Assembly (NCBI GenBank): GCA_963808895.1
Contig: CAWEHL010000004.1
Location: forward strand, 559,972 to 623,971
DNA length: 64,000 bases
From: an uncultured Chloroflexia bacterium
GTDB lineage: Bacteria > Chloroflexota > Limnocylindria > Limnocylindrales > CSP1-4
Reading direction: 5' to 3'
Both the position numbers and the translations under genes were made by a program. Below, piece by piece: positions 45,982 to 56,382 of this stretch. Within the stretch, counting starts at the first letter, position 1. Each line of letters opens with the position of its first letter. The notes under the pieces are model-generated. The model did no database searches, was not told where the DNA came from, and saw nothing but the letters and a program-made list of their open reading frames with translations.

Positions 45982-47340
45982 ATGGCGCACCTTGATACCG
46001 TGACCCCGCAGCCACTCCCACCACCGAGCGAGCCATCGCAGGAACCGGCGGTGGAGCCGCCGGCCTTGCCTCCGCCTCCAGCGCCGCCCCTCCAGACGTT
46101 TGGAGGCTGGCTTTTCGAACCGTTCGAGGCGCGCGAGGTCCGCAAGGCACGCGAGCGGGCTGATCGTGCCGCCCGACGAGCGGACCGGGCCGCGCGGCGC
46201 GTCCAAGACGCCCAGGAGCGGGTCGCTCGGAGGTCGGGCGCCCGTCAACTCGTAGACGTCGCTGGTGACGCCGCCACGGCCGCGCTGACCGCGGTCTCCG
46301 CCGCGGCCGACGAGGCCCAGGCCAGGCTCGCCGAGAAGGCAAGGATGCGCGAACTCGAGTATGCCGTCGTCACGGCTCGAGCCGGCGGGCCCGTCGATGT
46401 CACGCCACCGACGCGCGACGAGGCGCTGAAGCTCGCCGACCGCGTGGACCCCGGCTCGTCGGGGGCATCGCTCGTCCGTGGCCTGGGATCCGTGCTGGCG
46501 GGGGTCACAGCACTCACGATGATCCTCGTCGGCGGATTCGGCTGGCTGGGCGTCGCGGTGCCGCTATCCATCCTGATCGCGGGTGGCGCACTCGCGGGCC
46601 GGATCCAGACGGCGGAACGGAGCGGAAAGGCGGCAGTCATCCAGCTCGAGCTCGCGCGCGCCAGCATGGGCGCCACAGCACGTGGACCGCGCACGAACGC
46701 GCAGGTAGCCGAGGCTATGGGACCCGCATCGGCGATGGGGACAAGAGGAGCGACGGCGCCACCCACAGCCGCACGGCCGACGCTGATCGAGAACGACGAT
46801 CCGCGGACCCGCAACGAGATCCTCGCGGTGCTCGACCGTCTCATCGCGAACGTGCTGGGGTCGTTGTCGGAAACCGACATCGCCACCCTGCGGCGCATCC
46901 GTGACAGCGCGGCGCTCGCCCTACCCGCGACCGACGCGCCAGTCGACCTCACCGATCACGAGATGTGGCTACTGCGCCAGATCTGCATCGACTACGTGCC
47001 GGGCGCGCTGGACCACTATCTGGCGCTCCCGTCGGACTTGGCCTCTGCGCCGGTGCTCGATGGTCGATCGGCTCGGCAGGTGTTCGACGAGCAGCTGGCG
47101 CTGATCGAGCGCCGACTGGACGGGATGGCCACCCGCACCTATCGGCTCGAGGCCGGCGGGCTACTCAACCACGCGCGGTTCGTCGCCGACAGCCTTCGCC
47201 CAGACCCATTCCAGGCACAGCTCGCGGAACTTGCGACAAGCGAGGCCGCGGCAGGCACGCCGACACAGGCGCCCGTTGACGCCGTCGAGCGATCGGTGGC
47301 CGAAGAGAAGGTGAGCATCCCAGAGCGAGAGCACGCCTGA
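45982..47340 (+). CDS. hypothetical membrane protein with Pro-rich N-terminus (452 aa)
   Basis: long intact ORF; two TM helices (LGSVLAGVTALTMILVGGFGWLGVAVPLSILIAGGALAG); no domain recognised. Confidence 0.5.
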   Translation: MAHLDTVTPQPLPPPSEPSQEPAVEPPALPPPPAPPLQTFGGWLFEPFEAREVRKARERADRAARRADRAARRVQDAQERVARRSGARQLVDVAGDAATAALTAVSAAADEAQARLAEKARMRELEYAVVTARAGGPVDVTPPTRDEALKLADRVDPGSSGASLVRGLGSVLAGVTALTMILVGGFGWLGVAVPLSILIAGGALAGRIQTAERSGKAAVIQLELARASMGATARGPRTNAQVAEAMGPASAMGTRGATAPPTAARPTLIENDDPRTRNEILAVLDRLIANVLGSLSETDIATLRRIRDSAALALPATDAPVDLTDHEMWLLRQICIDYVPGALDHYLALPSDLASAPVLDGRSARQVFDEQLALIERRLDGMATRTYRLEAGGLLNHARFVADSLRPDPFQAQLAELATSEAAAGTPTQAPVDAVERSVAEEKVSIPEREHA

Positions 47341-47385
47341 CTATCGGCGCGTTTTTCGACCGAGCGGAGGCGCTCGGCTGATCCG

Positions 47386-47877
47386 TCAGAGCCAGCGACG
47401 CACCCGCCGCGTGTAGTCGTCGTACGAAGCGCCGAAGCGTTCCTGCAGGAACCGTTCCTCGGGAAGGATCGCGCCCCAGAACATGAGCAGGACGGCGACC
47501 GGGAACAGGACTAGTCCCCAGAACGTGGGGATGAGCAAGGCCAGTCCGAGATACAGCGCCAGCAGGCCGACGTACAACGGGTTGCGAGAGACGCGGTAGG
47601 GCCCGTCCTCGATGAGCGCCTCCGTCGGCTGCCCCGGTAGCAGGCCGGTCCGATATCGGCCGAACATCCACAACGACCAGCCGTTCCAGACGACGAAGAA
47701 GAGCACAAGCGCCCAGCCGACCGGGATCCGCCACTCGCCAAGGTCGACCGGATCATCCCACGCCGTGGTGGCCAGCCACCCGACGAGCAACGGCACTCCC
47801 ATCGCTACCGGGGGCCAGAGACGGAACCCGACGGTGTCCCCGGGCTCGACCTCCTGGCGTGGATCATCGTGGGCCAT
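47386..47877 (-). CDS. isoprenylcysteine carboxyl methyltransferase (ICMT/PEMT) family protein (paralog of 5320-5811)
   Basis: EDGPYRVSRNPLYVGLLALYLGLAL...EERFLQERFGASYDDYTRRVRRWL. Confidence 0.8.
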   Translation of the reverse strand: MAHDDPRQEVEPGDTVGFRLWPPVAMGVPLLVGWLATTAWDDPVDLGEWRIPVGWALVLFFVVWNGWSLWMFGRYRTGLLPGQPTEALIEDGPYRVSRNPLYVGLLALYLGLALLIPTFWGLVLFPVAVLLMFWGAILPEERFLQERFGASYDDYTRRVRRWL

Positions 47878-47891
47878 CGAGGTTTCAGCGG

Positions 47892-48215
47892 CTAGGTGCG
47901 CAGCACCTTCTCCATTGCCCGGCCCTTCGCCAGCTCGTCCACGAGCTTGTCGAGGTACCGGATCTGCTGCATGAGCGGGTCCTCGATCGCCTCCACGCGC
48001 ACCCCGCAGATCACGCCCGTGATGTGACCAGCGTTCGGATTCAGCTGCGCCCCTGCGAAGAAGTCCGCAAAGGTGGTCCCCGCCGCCAGGTGCCGGCCCA
48101 GCTCGGACTCATCGTATCCGGTCAGCCAGCACACCACCGTATCGAGCTCGGCTTTCGTGCGGCCCTTCTTCTGGACCTTCGCAAGGTAGAGCGGGTAGAC
48201 CGAGGCCACGGTCAT
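47892..48215 (-). CDS. DUF2200 family protein
   Basis: MTVASVYPLYLAKVQKKGRTKAELDTVVCWLTGYD...NAGHITGVICGVRVEAIEDPLMQQIRYLDKLVDELAKG. Confidence 0.7.
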   Translation of the reverse strand: MTVASVYPLYLAKVQKKGRTKAELDTVVCWLTGYDESELGRHLAAGTTFADFFAGAQLNPNAGHITGVICGVRVEAIEDPLMQQIRYLDKLVDELAKGRAMEKVLRT

Positions 48216-48259
48216 CGTGAAGATCCGATGCCGTGGTGCAGTGCCAGCACTCGCGCGCA

Positions 48260-48622
48260 TCACTGCGTCACCGCGAACCAGCGTCCCTCGGGGTCCGCGA
48301 ACGCGAAGCTCGGTGTGCCCGAGTGCTCGCCGACGTCACTCGTCCTCACCCCGCGTCCCACGAGGTCGTCGTGCGCGGTCTCAAGGTCGTCGACGCGAAA
48401 CGCGATCGACGGCGTCGCGAGGTCGAGGTTGTCGGGGTTGTCCTTCATCAGCTCGAGTGGCACGAGCTCGAACGCGAATGTCTGATCTGCGAAGCCCACC
48501 TGCGCGATCGTGAAACCGCCCGCGGCAGAGCGCTGCTTCTCGACCATGCCTATCTGATCGATCCAAAACCTTCGGCACGCTTCGACATCGTTCACGTACA
48601 AGACGACATATCCGACCTTCAA
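48260..48622 (-). CDS. VOC (glyoxalase/bleomycin-resistance) family protein
   Basis: MKVGYVVLYVNDVEACRRFWIDQIGM...AFELVPLE...AFRVDDLETAHDDLVGRGV. Confidence 0.85.
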   Translation of the reverse strand: MKVGYVVLYVNDVEACRRFWIDQIGMVEKQRSAAGGFTIAQVGFADQTFAFELVPLELMKDNPDNLDLATPSIAFRVDDLETAHDDLVGRGVRTSDVGEHSGTPSFAFADPEGRWFAVTQ

Positions 48623-48803
48623 GGCCCAAGCCTCCCAAGCGACTCGAGGACGCGACGACCCCTGGTCACCGACCCTCAGGGGGGCATCGCGGCTCGTCCT
48701 CGCGTTAGCGGCAACATCCCTGATGCATGCCGGGAACGGATGGATGACCCGTGCCCGTCAGTATCTGTGAGCGCGGCACACGCCGCGCTGATGGAAGGGC
48801 ACC

Positions 48804-49364
48804 GTGGATCAGCAAGCACTCGTCGAACGCGCGAGCCAGGGCGATCATGAGGCCTTCGGTTTGCTCGTCGGCGCGCGCCTCGCGCGACTGGACACGGCCG
48901 CCCGCTTGATCCTCCGGGACGCGGAGCTCGCGCGCGACGCGGTCCAGGAGGCGACGCTCCGGGCTTGGCGAAACCTGCGCGGGTTGCGCGACCCGAGCAG
49001 GTTCGATGCCTGGTTGCATCGACTCACCGTCAATGCCTGTCTCGATATCGCCCGGCAGCGTCGCAGCCGGGTCATCGAGATCGAGCTCACGCCCCTCCAT
49101 GACGCGCCGGTGCAGGACGCTTCGTCCCAGGTCACCGACGCGATGTACATCGAACGCATGCTCGCCGTGCTCGACCCCTCGCAACGAGCGGTGGTCGTGC
49201 TGCATTACTACCTTGACCTTTCCCTGCCCGAGACGGCAGGCGCCCTGGGCATCCCGATCGGGACCGCGAAGTCTCGTCTGAACCGGGCGCTCGAGGCGAT
49301 GCGGATCAAGGTCGCCGATGACGAATTGAGTATCTCGTCGGCCCCGAGGGAGCGTTTCGCATGA
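48804..49364 (+). CDS. ECF RNA polymerase sigma factor (paralog of 756-1280)
   Basis: LVERASQGDHEAFGLLV, AVQEATLRAWRNLRGLRDPSRFDAWLHRLTVNACLD, region 4 VVLHYYLDLSLPETAGALGIPIGTAKSRLNRA. Confidence 0.9.
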   Translation: MDQQALVERASQGDHEAFGLLVGARLARLDTAARLILRDAELARDAVQEATLRAWRNLRGLRDPSRFDAWLHRLTVNACLDIARQRRSRVIEIELTPLHDAPVQDASSQVTDAMYIERMLAVLDPSQRAVVVLHYYLDLSLPETAGALGIPIGTAKSRLNRALEAMRIKVADDELSISSAPRERFA

Positions 49365-50647
49365 ACCGCTCGGATCCGCAGCTCCGCTCCATAACGGCCG
49401 ATCGGCTTGGCGCCGCCCTCCATGAGGTCGGTGGCATGGCGCGGCCCGACTATCTCGATGACATCGTCACGCGGGCGCAACACACGCGACAGCGGCCCCC
49501 GTGGACGTTCCTCGAAAGGTGGCTTCCCATGTCCGTCGCGGTTCGACGCGAGGGGATCCCGCGCGTCGCCGTCCTGTTCGCACTACTCGTTCTTCTCCTG
49601 GTGGCCGCATTCGCGACGACCGTCGTGCTGACCGGAGCGCCGACGCGTCTACCCACTCCGTTCGTCGTCACGAACGGCGAGATCGCGTTCGTCGCCGGGA
49701 ACGACATCGTGGAGGTCCAGCCAGACGGCTCGGGCCGGCGCGTGCTCGTCCCTGGATCCCCGCAGCAGAGCGGCGTCTCGTTCTCTCCGGATGGGCGTCG
49801 CATGGTGTACTGGCGACAGAACGGGGCACTCCAGGACCTGGTCGTGGCCGACGCAGACGGGTCCCGGCCCACCACGATCTCGACGGGCGCGATCGAGCCG
49901 ACTGGGTCCGCGATCGTCTGGTCTCCCGATGGGACCCGGGTCGCGTACTCGAGCCGGACCGTACCGTCGACTACGCCAACCTCGTGCCCCGGTTTCGGGA
50001 CGCAGAACGGCGATTTCTGCTCGTCCAGGATCTTCGTCGCGCCGGTCGACGGGTCCGGCGCCCATCAGGTCGGCGATGCGACGCTCGATGCTCGGAGCCC
50101 GGCGTGGTCGCCGGATGGTTCGACGATCGCATTCGGCGGCGGGAACGCCATGCCTGGGCAGAGCCTGCGGCTCTACCTGATGAACGCCGATGGCAGCAAC
50201 GTTCGACAGGTCAGCGCCGTCCGTGGCACGGACTGGGCCTTCATGCGGACCGACTGGTCGCACGACGGATCCAAGATCGCCACCCAGGCGAGTGCCGCCA
50301 ACAACCTCAACCAGTGGGATATCTGGGTCATCGATCCGAAGACCGGGTCGGCGACGGACGTCGCCACGCAGCCCGGCGCCGACGACGTCTTCCCGATGTG
50401 GGCGTCGGACCGGGACGCGCTGGCATGGGCCGGGAACGGCCTCTACCTCCAGGAGCCTGGTGGGCAGCCGGTTGATGTCCAGCCGAGCGGCACCCTTCCG
50501 TACTGGTCACCTGATGGCAAGCTCATCGCGTCGATCACGAACGACGACAAGCTCGAGGTCAGCGACGTCCACGGCATCGTCGTGTTCACAGCCGACGGGG
50601 CGACCGACAACAAGTTGAGCTGGCAGACCATCCGGTCCGGCAGCTGA
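49361..50647 (+). CDS. putative anti-sigma factor with TM helix and extracytoplasmic TolB-like beta-propeller (paralog of 1277-2551)
   Basis: ATGA coupling; TM VAVLFALLVLLLVAAFATTVVL; blades FSPDGRRMVY, WSPDGTRVAY, WSPDGSTIAF, WSHDGSKIAT, WSPDGKLIAS. Confidence 0.8.
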   Translation: MNRSDPQLRSITADRLGAALHEVGGMARPDYLDDIVTRAQHTRQRPPWTFLERWLPMSVAVRREGIPRVAVLFALLVLLLVAAFATTVVLTGAPTRLPTPFVVTNGEIAFVAGNDIVEVQPDGSGRRVLVPGSPQQSGVSFSPDGRRMVYWRQNGALQDLVVADADGSRPTTISTGAIEPTGSAIVWSPDGTRVAYSSRTVPSTTPTSCPGFGTQNGDFCSSRIFVAPVDGSGAHQVGDATLDARSPAWSPDGSTIAFGGGNAMPGQSLRLYLMNADGSNVRQVSAVRGTDWAFMRTDWSHDGSKIATQASAANNLNQWDIWVIDPKTGSATDVATQPGADDVFPMWASDRDALAWAGNGLYLQEPGGQPVDVQPSGTLPYWSPDGKLIASITNDDKLEVSDVHGIVVFTADGATDNKLSWQTIRSGS

Positions 50648-50709
50648 TCGTTGGTGGGCTCCCGACCGCCATAGCCGGGGGCCCACCTTCTTCCCGCCTC
50701 AGGCCTCGG

Positions 50710-51399
50710 TCAGGCGTCCCCTGACTCAAGGTTCGGGCGTATCCCGGGACGCACCATCCCCGACTCATAGGCGAGCACGACGAGCTGCGCCCGATCGCGG
50801 AGGTCGAGCTTCAACAGCAGATGCGATACGTGCGTCTTCACCGTCGGCTCGGCGAGCACCAAGCGCTCGGAGACTTCGCGGTTGGACAGGCCCTGGGCCA
50901 CGAGCTGCAGCACCTCGCGCTCGCGCTCCGTGAGCTGGCTCACGAGCTGATCGCGACGAGCATCGGCTGACGGTGAGGCCTGCACGAAGCGCTCGAGGAG
51001 GCGACGGGTCACGGAAGGGGCGATCAGCGCCTCCCCTGACGCCACCACACGGATCGCGGTCACGAAGTCGGCGGGCGTCACGTCCTTCAGCAGGAACCCG
51101 CTCGCTCCGGCGCGCAGGGCCTCGACGACGTGCTCGTCCGTGTCGAAGGTCGTCAGGACAAGGACACGCGGCGCCGAGTCCGACCCTGTGAGTCGGCGGG
51201 TCGCCTCGACGCCGTCCATCACCGGCATCCGGATGTCCATCACGACGACATCCGGCCGGAGCCGGGCGACAGAGTCGACCGCCTCTCGGCCGTTGGCTGC
51301 CTCCCCGACCACCTCGATCCCCTCCTCGACCGCGAGGATCATCCGGAAGCCCGTCCGGACCAGCTGCTGGTCATCGACGAGCATGACGCGGATCGTCAT
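50710..51399 (-). CDS. two-component response regulator, NarL/FixJ (LuxR) family
   Basis: REC IRVMLVDDQQLVRTG...DVVVMDIRMPVMDG; LuxR HTH LTEREREVLQLVAQGLSNREVSERLVLAEPTVKTHVSHLLLKL. Confidence 0.9.
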   Translation of the reverse strand: MTIRVMLVDDQQLVRTGFRMILAVEEGIEVVGEAANGREAVDSVARLRPDVVVMDIRMPVMDGVEATRRLTGSDSAPRVLVLTTFDTDEHVVEALRAGASGFLLKDVTPADFVTAIRVVASGEALIAPSVTRRLLERFVQASPSADARRDQLVSQLTEREREVLQLVAQGLSNREVSERLVLAEPTVKTHVSHLLLKLDLRDRAQLVVLAYESGMVRPGIRPNLESGDA

Positions 51400-52619
51400 G
51401 CCGCAGACGCCGCGCCATCGATCGGGAGTCGCGCCTTCACGAGGAAGCCGGCCGCCGTCGGGTGGGCGAGGAAGGTCCCGCGGAGCATCGCCGCCCGCTC
51501 GCGCATCCCGATCAGGCCGCGGCCCTCGTGCGGCGGCTCGACCGCGGTCGGAGACCCCGGCCCACGCTCGTCCTCGACGGCGATCTCGAGCGCGTCGGCC
51601 AGGTAGCGCACCTGAACGCGGGCCCGGCCCCCACGGGCGTGCTTCAGCGAATTCGTGAGCGCTTCCTGGACGATCCGGTATGCGGAGACCTCGAGCCCAG
51701 GGTCCAGCGGTCGCGCCTCGCCCTCGACGATGAGCTCGACCGCGAGGCCCGCCGACCGAAGTTGCTCGAGTAGCTCCTCGAGGCGCTCGAGCCCCGGCGC
51801 GGGCTCGGAGGCATCTACCTCGCCGAGGATCCCGATCATGCGGCGCATGTCCGTCAGGGCGAGGCGCCCGGTCGCCCCGATCGCGTCGAGCGCCATACGT
51901 GCCTCATCGGGACGCGTATCGATGACCCGAGACGCCCCACCGGCCTGCACCACCATCACGGTCACGTGATGGGTCACGACGTCGTGGAGCTCACGGGCGA
52001 TCCGCGCGCGCTCGCTCCGGACAGCGCGCTCCGTGCGCTCGTCGCGCTCACGCTCGAGCCGCAGCGCGCGCTCCTCGAGCGCACCCGCGTACAGGCGACG
52101 GATCCGTGCCGCGTCGCCAAGGAGCCACGCCACAACGAAGATCAGCTCCGTCTGGACGAGCGACACGAGGACGGCCGCGATCCCTGCCCGAGCGACGAAG
52201 GCGATCGCCAGGATGCCACCCGCAAGCGCGGTCGCGGCCACCGACCGCCGTCGCTCGACACGCTCGCCGACGGTGTAGACGGCCACCAGGATGCCGAGCC
52301 CAGCCTGCAGCGCCTCGCCCTCGGGAAGGAGCGTGATCTGGACGACGGTCGCACCCACGATCACCGCCAGGACCGCGAGCGGGAACCGGCGGCGGACGAT
52401 CAGCGGCAGGCTCTCGAGCAGCAGCAGCGCCAGGCCGACCGCGCTCGGTTGGCTAGCGGCAGGCCCACCGAAGTTGGCGAGGAGAGAAAGGGCCGCAAGG
52501 AAGAGGGCGATGGCGGAGTCGACGACGAGCGGGCGGGCGGACAGGGCCTCGCGCACGTGCTGGAGCGTCGTCCGCCCGGCGGGCGGGGCTGCGGCGGTCC
52601 GGGCTGCGTGGGGTTCCAT
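51396..52619 (-). CDS. sensor histidine kinase (HisKA_3 / HATPase_c), partner of the LuxR regulator
   Basis: TM sensor; ERARIARELHDVVTHHVTVMVVQAG (H-box); ...VEDERGPGSP...GRGLIGMRERAAMLRG; start set at internal ATG 52619 (track ORF extends to 52790). Confidence 0.8.
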   Translation of the reverse strand: MEPHAARTAAAPPAGRTTLQHVREALSARPLVVDSAIALFLAALSLLANFGGPAASQPSAVGLALLLLESLPLIVRRRFPLAVLAVIVGATVVQITLLPEGEALQAGLGILVAVYTVGERVERRRSVAATALAGGILAIAFVARAGIAAVLVSLVQTELIFVVAWLLGDAARIRRLYAGALEERALRLERERDERTERAVRSERARIARELHDVVTHHVTVMVVQAGGASRVIDTRPDEARMALDAIGATGRLALTDMRRMIGILGEVDASEPAPGLERLEELLEQLRSAGLAVELIVEGEARPLDPGLEVSAYRIVQEALTNSLKHARGGRARVQVRYLADALEIAVEDERGPGSPTAVEPPHEGRGLIGMRERAAMLRGTFLAHPTAAGFLVKARLPIDGAASAA

Positions 52620-52841
52620 GGTCGTGCGCGAACCGTACCGGCCGTGCGCGCGCCGCGCATCCATCTCGAGGATGGTCCCGACCGATACCGCGGTATCGGT
52701 CCCGGCCTGGTAAGCGCGCCGACTCGCTCGGGCAGTTCGAGACGCGCGATGGACGACGCAGGAAGGCTCCCGGCCGGAGGGTATGGCCATCGCGACTCAC
52801 CCGAGTCGCAGCCCTAACGGAACCAGAAAGGTCCCAACACC

Positions 52842-53723
52842 ATGAGCTCGTTCGCCAAGCGCCATCCGATCACCACATTCCTCGCGATCCTGTACAGCGC
52901 CACTGCGGCGATCTTCGTGATCCCGCTGCTGTCGAGCGCCGGCATCGGCGTCATCGACCTCGAATTGCCCGGCATCGGGCCCTTCATCGTGCTATCGGCG
53001 CTGTCGCTCGTCGGTAGCGCCTTCGTCGCCACCGCCCTGGCCGATGGCCGGCCCGGCGTCCGGGAGCTGCGCCGGCGCGTGTTCCACTTCCGCGTCAACC
53101 CGATCTGGTACGTCGTCGCTCTCGTCGCGCTGCCCGGCGCGGCGCTCGCCACCGCCTTCGTCATGAGCGGTGTCGCCCCTCTCGTAGCCCTCGCGTCGAA
53201 CCCGGCGATCATCATCGAGGTGGCCCTCGGCGCCGTCGTCGCCTTCGCCCTCGTCAACTGGTGGGAAGAGGCCGCTTGGACCGGTTTCGCCCTCGAGCGC
53301 CTGCAGGGAGCCCTTGGCCCCATCCGCGCCAGCATCGTCACGACCTGGATGCAGGCGACCCTTCACCTGCCGCTCGTGTTCATCGCCGGTGGTGTGACCG
53401 TCGGCCGTGTGGCTCCCGAGGCCATCCCCTTCTACCTCGTCGCGCTGTACATCCTGCCGATCCCGGTCCGGATGACCCTCACCTGGCTGTACAACAGGAG
53501 CGGTCATAGCGTGCCGATCGTCGGCCTGTATCACGCGGGCCTCGGCGTGGCCTCCGGGGTCGCCTTCCTCCCAGTCCTCGCGCCGAGCGTCGATCCGGTG
53601 TGGGTGTACGCGGGTTTCGCCGTCCTCGCTGCGGTCGTGCTGGTCGCGACCCGCGGCCGACTGGGCTTCCCGGCCGAGCCGCGGCCGCTCACAGGCGGGA
53701 AGGAGGTGGCGGTCGCGGCCTGA
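52842..53723 (+). CDS. CPBP (CAAX protease-like) family intramembrane protein
   Basis: 8 TM helices; NWWEEAAWTGF (EExxxRG-like), later His-containing motifs; assignment moderate. Confidence 0.55.
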   Translation: MSSFAKRHPITTFLAILYSATAAIFVIPLLSSAGIGVIDLELPGIGPFIVLSALSLVGSAFVATALADGRPGVRELRRRVFHFRVNPIWYVVALVALPGAALATAFVMSGVAPLVALASNPAIIIEVALGAVVAFALVNWWEEAAWTGFALERLQGALGPIRASIVTTWMQATLHLPLVFIAGGVTVGRVAPEAIPFYLVALYILPIPVRMTLTWLYNRSGHSVPIVGLYHAGLGVASGVAFLPVLAPSVDPVWVYAGFAVLAAVVLVATRGRLGFPAEPRPLTGGKEVAVAA

Positions 53724-53904
53724 CGACCATCGTCCACTCCTAGCCGGGCGGTCATCGACCGCCCGGCTCTTCTTTGCGTCCGGCTCGCCGGAGTTTGCGG
53801 TATCCCGATCTCGGTCTCGATGCGGACGGCGCAGACTCCAGGGTCACCGACACACTCGAAGGCACGGATCCGCGTCAGGTCCGCGGGGAAGGAGGAACCA
53901 GCCC

Positions 53905-54528
53905 ATGAGATTGACGGCCACCGCACAGGTCTCCGTCGATGGGGTGATGCAGGGACCCGGCGTGAACCCGATCGAGGTCGATGTGGGCGGCTTCGAGCGT
54001 CGGGGGTGGGCGCACTTCGACGACGAGGCCGGGGCGGTGATGGACGGCATCTTCCAGCGCGCCGGCGCGTTCCTGTTCGGCAGAAGAACCTACGAGCACT
54101 TCGCCGAGACCTGGGGAACGTGGGACGATCCGGGCGACAGCCCGATCTGGACGGCGTTGAACGCGCTGCCAAAACACGTCGTCTCCGCGTCGCTAACAGG
54201 GCCGCGCTGGGCGGGCACGACCGTGATCGCCGACGACGTCGCGGCTGAGGTCCGCGACCTTAAGGCGAAGGAGGGAGGCGAATTACAGGTACACGGCAGC
54301 GGCGTCCTGTTCCGCTGGCTCCTCGACAACGACCTCGTCGACGAGATGACCCTGTTCATGTTTCCTGTGCTCGTCGGTCAGGGCACGCGGCTATTCGCGA
54401 CCAGTGGCCCGGACGCGATGCTCGAGCTGGTCTCATCGCGGGCCACGTCCAGTGGGATCACGATCCAGGTGTACCGGCCCAGCGGCCGGCCGCAGTATCC
54501 CAGCGCCGAGCCCACGCAGAGCTCCTGA
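53905..54528 (+). CDS. dihydrofolate reductase family protein (paralog of 45279-45884)
   Basis: MRLTATAQVSVDGVMQGPG...GRRTYEHF...ELQVHGSGVLFRWLLDNDLVDEMTLFMFPVLVGQG. Confidence 0.85.
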   Translation: MRLTATAQVSVDGVMQGPGVNPIEVDVGGFERRGWAHFDDEAGAVMDGIFQRAGAFLFGRRTYEHFAETWGTWDDPGDSPIWTALNALPKHVVSASLTGPRWAGTTVIADDVAAEVRDLKAKEGGELQVHGSGVLFRWLLDNDLVDEMTLFMFPVLVGQGTRLFATSGPDAMLELVSSRATSSGITIQVYRPSGRPQYPSAEPTQSS

Positions 54529-54692
54529 CTGGCGACCGGATCTTCAGATGACGCACGTGGCGTCGTCTCCCGGCCCGTGCAGTCGCCCTCCCACGGTTCG
54601 ACCGTCTGGGCGAGGGCCTATCGGAGAGGCCGCGAACAAAGAAGGCCCGCTCGAGCGGGCCTTCTCCGTTGAACGTGCCGCTTGACCGATGG

Positions 54693-56075
54693 TCAATGGC
54701 CGACCGGTAGGAAGTAGTGCGCGTTCGCGTACCGGGCGACGTTGTTGCCCAGCACCTGGGCCGCAACATCCGAGCTCCGATAGTGGAGGCCAGCCCATAT
54801 GCGTGCCTCGATGAGCTCGGCGAGTGGCTGTGAGAACGTGTCGAACGTGCGGACCATGGACGGGGGCGGCGTTGGGAACTGCGTCGAGAAGCTGGTGATC
54901 GAGAACCTGCCTGGCGTATCGCCGAAGAACAGCCGCAGTGCCGAGACTTCGGAGGCATCGAGGCAGTTGTGCCCTGAGACCCATTCGGGATACGGCGCGC
55001 TGATGAGCGGCGCCCACGTCGCATCGGCCGCCGTGTCCGCGTTGCCATCCTCCGACGCTCGTGCGATCGCGTTCCACGGCCGCCAGAAGTCGAAGTAGTA
55101 CTTGTCGTTCCAGCAGTTGATCGCCGCGTCCGCCCCACCCATATTCAGCAACGCGAGGAGTCTCGCGCTGTCGGCGGCGTTGACATCGTTCCGCGCGATG
55201 AGCTGCCGGGCGACGTCGTTCCAGCTGGTGCCCGGGGCACTCTGCCACCATCTGGCGATGAAGGTCTGATCGTCGGTCCGCGTCGAGCCGGTAGCCCGGC
55301 CCAGGGCCTTGACCTCGTTGAATTGAGTCGCGTAATCCGCACTGTCGAGTGCGGGCGGTGGTGCACTACGGAACTGCGACGAGCTCTTGAGCAAGAAGGG
55401 CTTCACGCCGCCGACCCAGGGGGTCGGATCGAGGATCGGCTGCCCCATCGGATTGAGCACCGGCGACCAGTGGCCGGGGCGGGAGTCCGGCATCCACTGG
55501 GACGGTCCGAACCGTCCGTCGTGCGCCCGCGCGCGGAGCATGGCCTTGGCCGCCGCGTGTCCGATCGCGATGCCCTGACGCTTGTACGTGCCACCGTGAA
55601 TCGCCCCGAGCGATGCCGCGTACTCGTTGGAGAGCGATGTCAGGAGTCCGTCCCGACCCGGGAAGGGAGCTCGCTCGGGTGCCGACGAGACGAGTGCCGA
55701 GAGCACGTCGTACGCCGCTGTTGCCGCGGCCGCGTCGGCCGACGCCTTCGCGCTCGCACGCTTCTTGAGGAGATACGGCTGATGTTGCTTCGGGCCGATC
55801 GCATTGACGGCGTCGTACACCGCGCCCTGCACCATGCCCAGATTGATCTGCATCGCGGGTGCCGCACCGCCGTTCGGTGGCGGGAACGCCATCAGCGTGG
55901 TCACCGCCACCTGATTCCAGTGAGACACCTCACTACCGTCGGTCGCCGGGGCTCCGGCTGATGCGCTGAGGGCGCCAGACCCGCCCAGGAGCGCCAGTAC
56001 CGCCAACGGGATCAAGGCGACAGATCGCCACCGCACAGTCGTTCTGGTCTTCTCGACTCCGCTTCGCTGCGTCAT
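54693..56075 (-). CDS. secreted vanadium-dependent haloperoxidase / PAP2-superfamily protein
   Basis: signal peptide; ...YPEWVSGHNCLDASEVSALRLFFG...WAGLHYRSSD (PAP2/haloperoxidase active-site motifs). Confidence 0.75.
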   Translation of the reverse strand: MTQRSGVEKTRTTVRWRSVALIPLAVLALLGGSGALSASAGAPATDGSEVSHWNQVAVTTLMAFPPPNGGAAPAMQINLGMVQGAVYDAVNAIGPKQHQPYLLKKRASAKASADAAAATAAYDVLSALVSSAPERAPFPGRDGLLTSLSNEYAASLGAIHGGTYKRQGIAIGHAAAKAMLRARAHDGRFGPSQWMPDSRPGHWSPVLNPMGQPILDPTPWVGGVKPFLLKSSSQFRSAPPPALDSADYATQFNEVKALGRATGSTRTDDQTFIARWWQSAPGTSWNDVARQLIARNDVNAADSARLLALLNMGGADAAINCWNDKYYFDFWRPWNAIARASEDGNADTAADATWAPLISAPYPEWVSGHNCLDASEVSALRLFFGDTPGRFSITSFSTQFPTPPPSMVRTFDTFSQPLAELIEARIWAGLHYRSSDVAAQVLGNNVARYANAHYFLPVGH

Positions 56076-56382
56076 CGCGTGCCTCCACTAACTGCCGAGC
56101 CAGCCGTGCCTAGGTATTCCTAACAGCCGTGTGTCATGGCAGCGTCGGGCGCGGGACAAGACCGTCGGCGGTAGGGCGCCAGGTGAGGCCCCCATCGAAC
56201 GTCCGGCTGCGGGCAAATTCGGTGCGCGGTGATCGGCCGCTTCGATCGAAGCGACATCGGAAGCCGGCGATAGCGGAAGCGCCCGGACGCCCGCTGACTC
56301 ACCCGAAAGCCCGACGCCGGGTATCTACCGTGTGAGGCCGGATCCAGACGGATCGGGCCCGCGGGTACTAGCGGAGGCTGGG

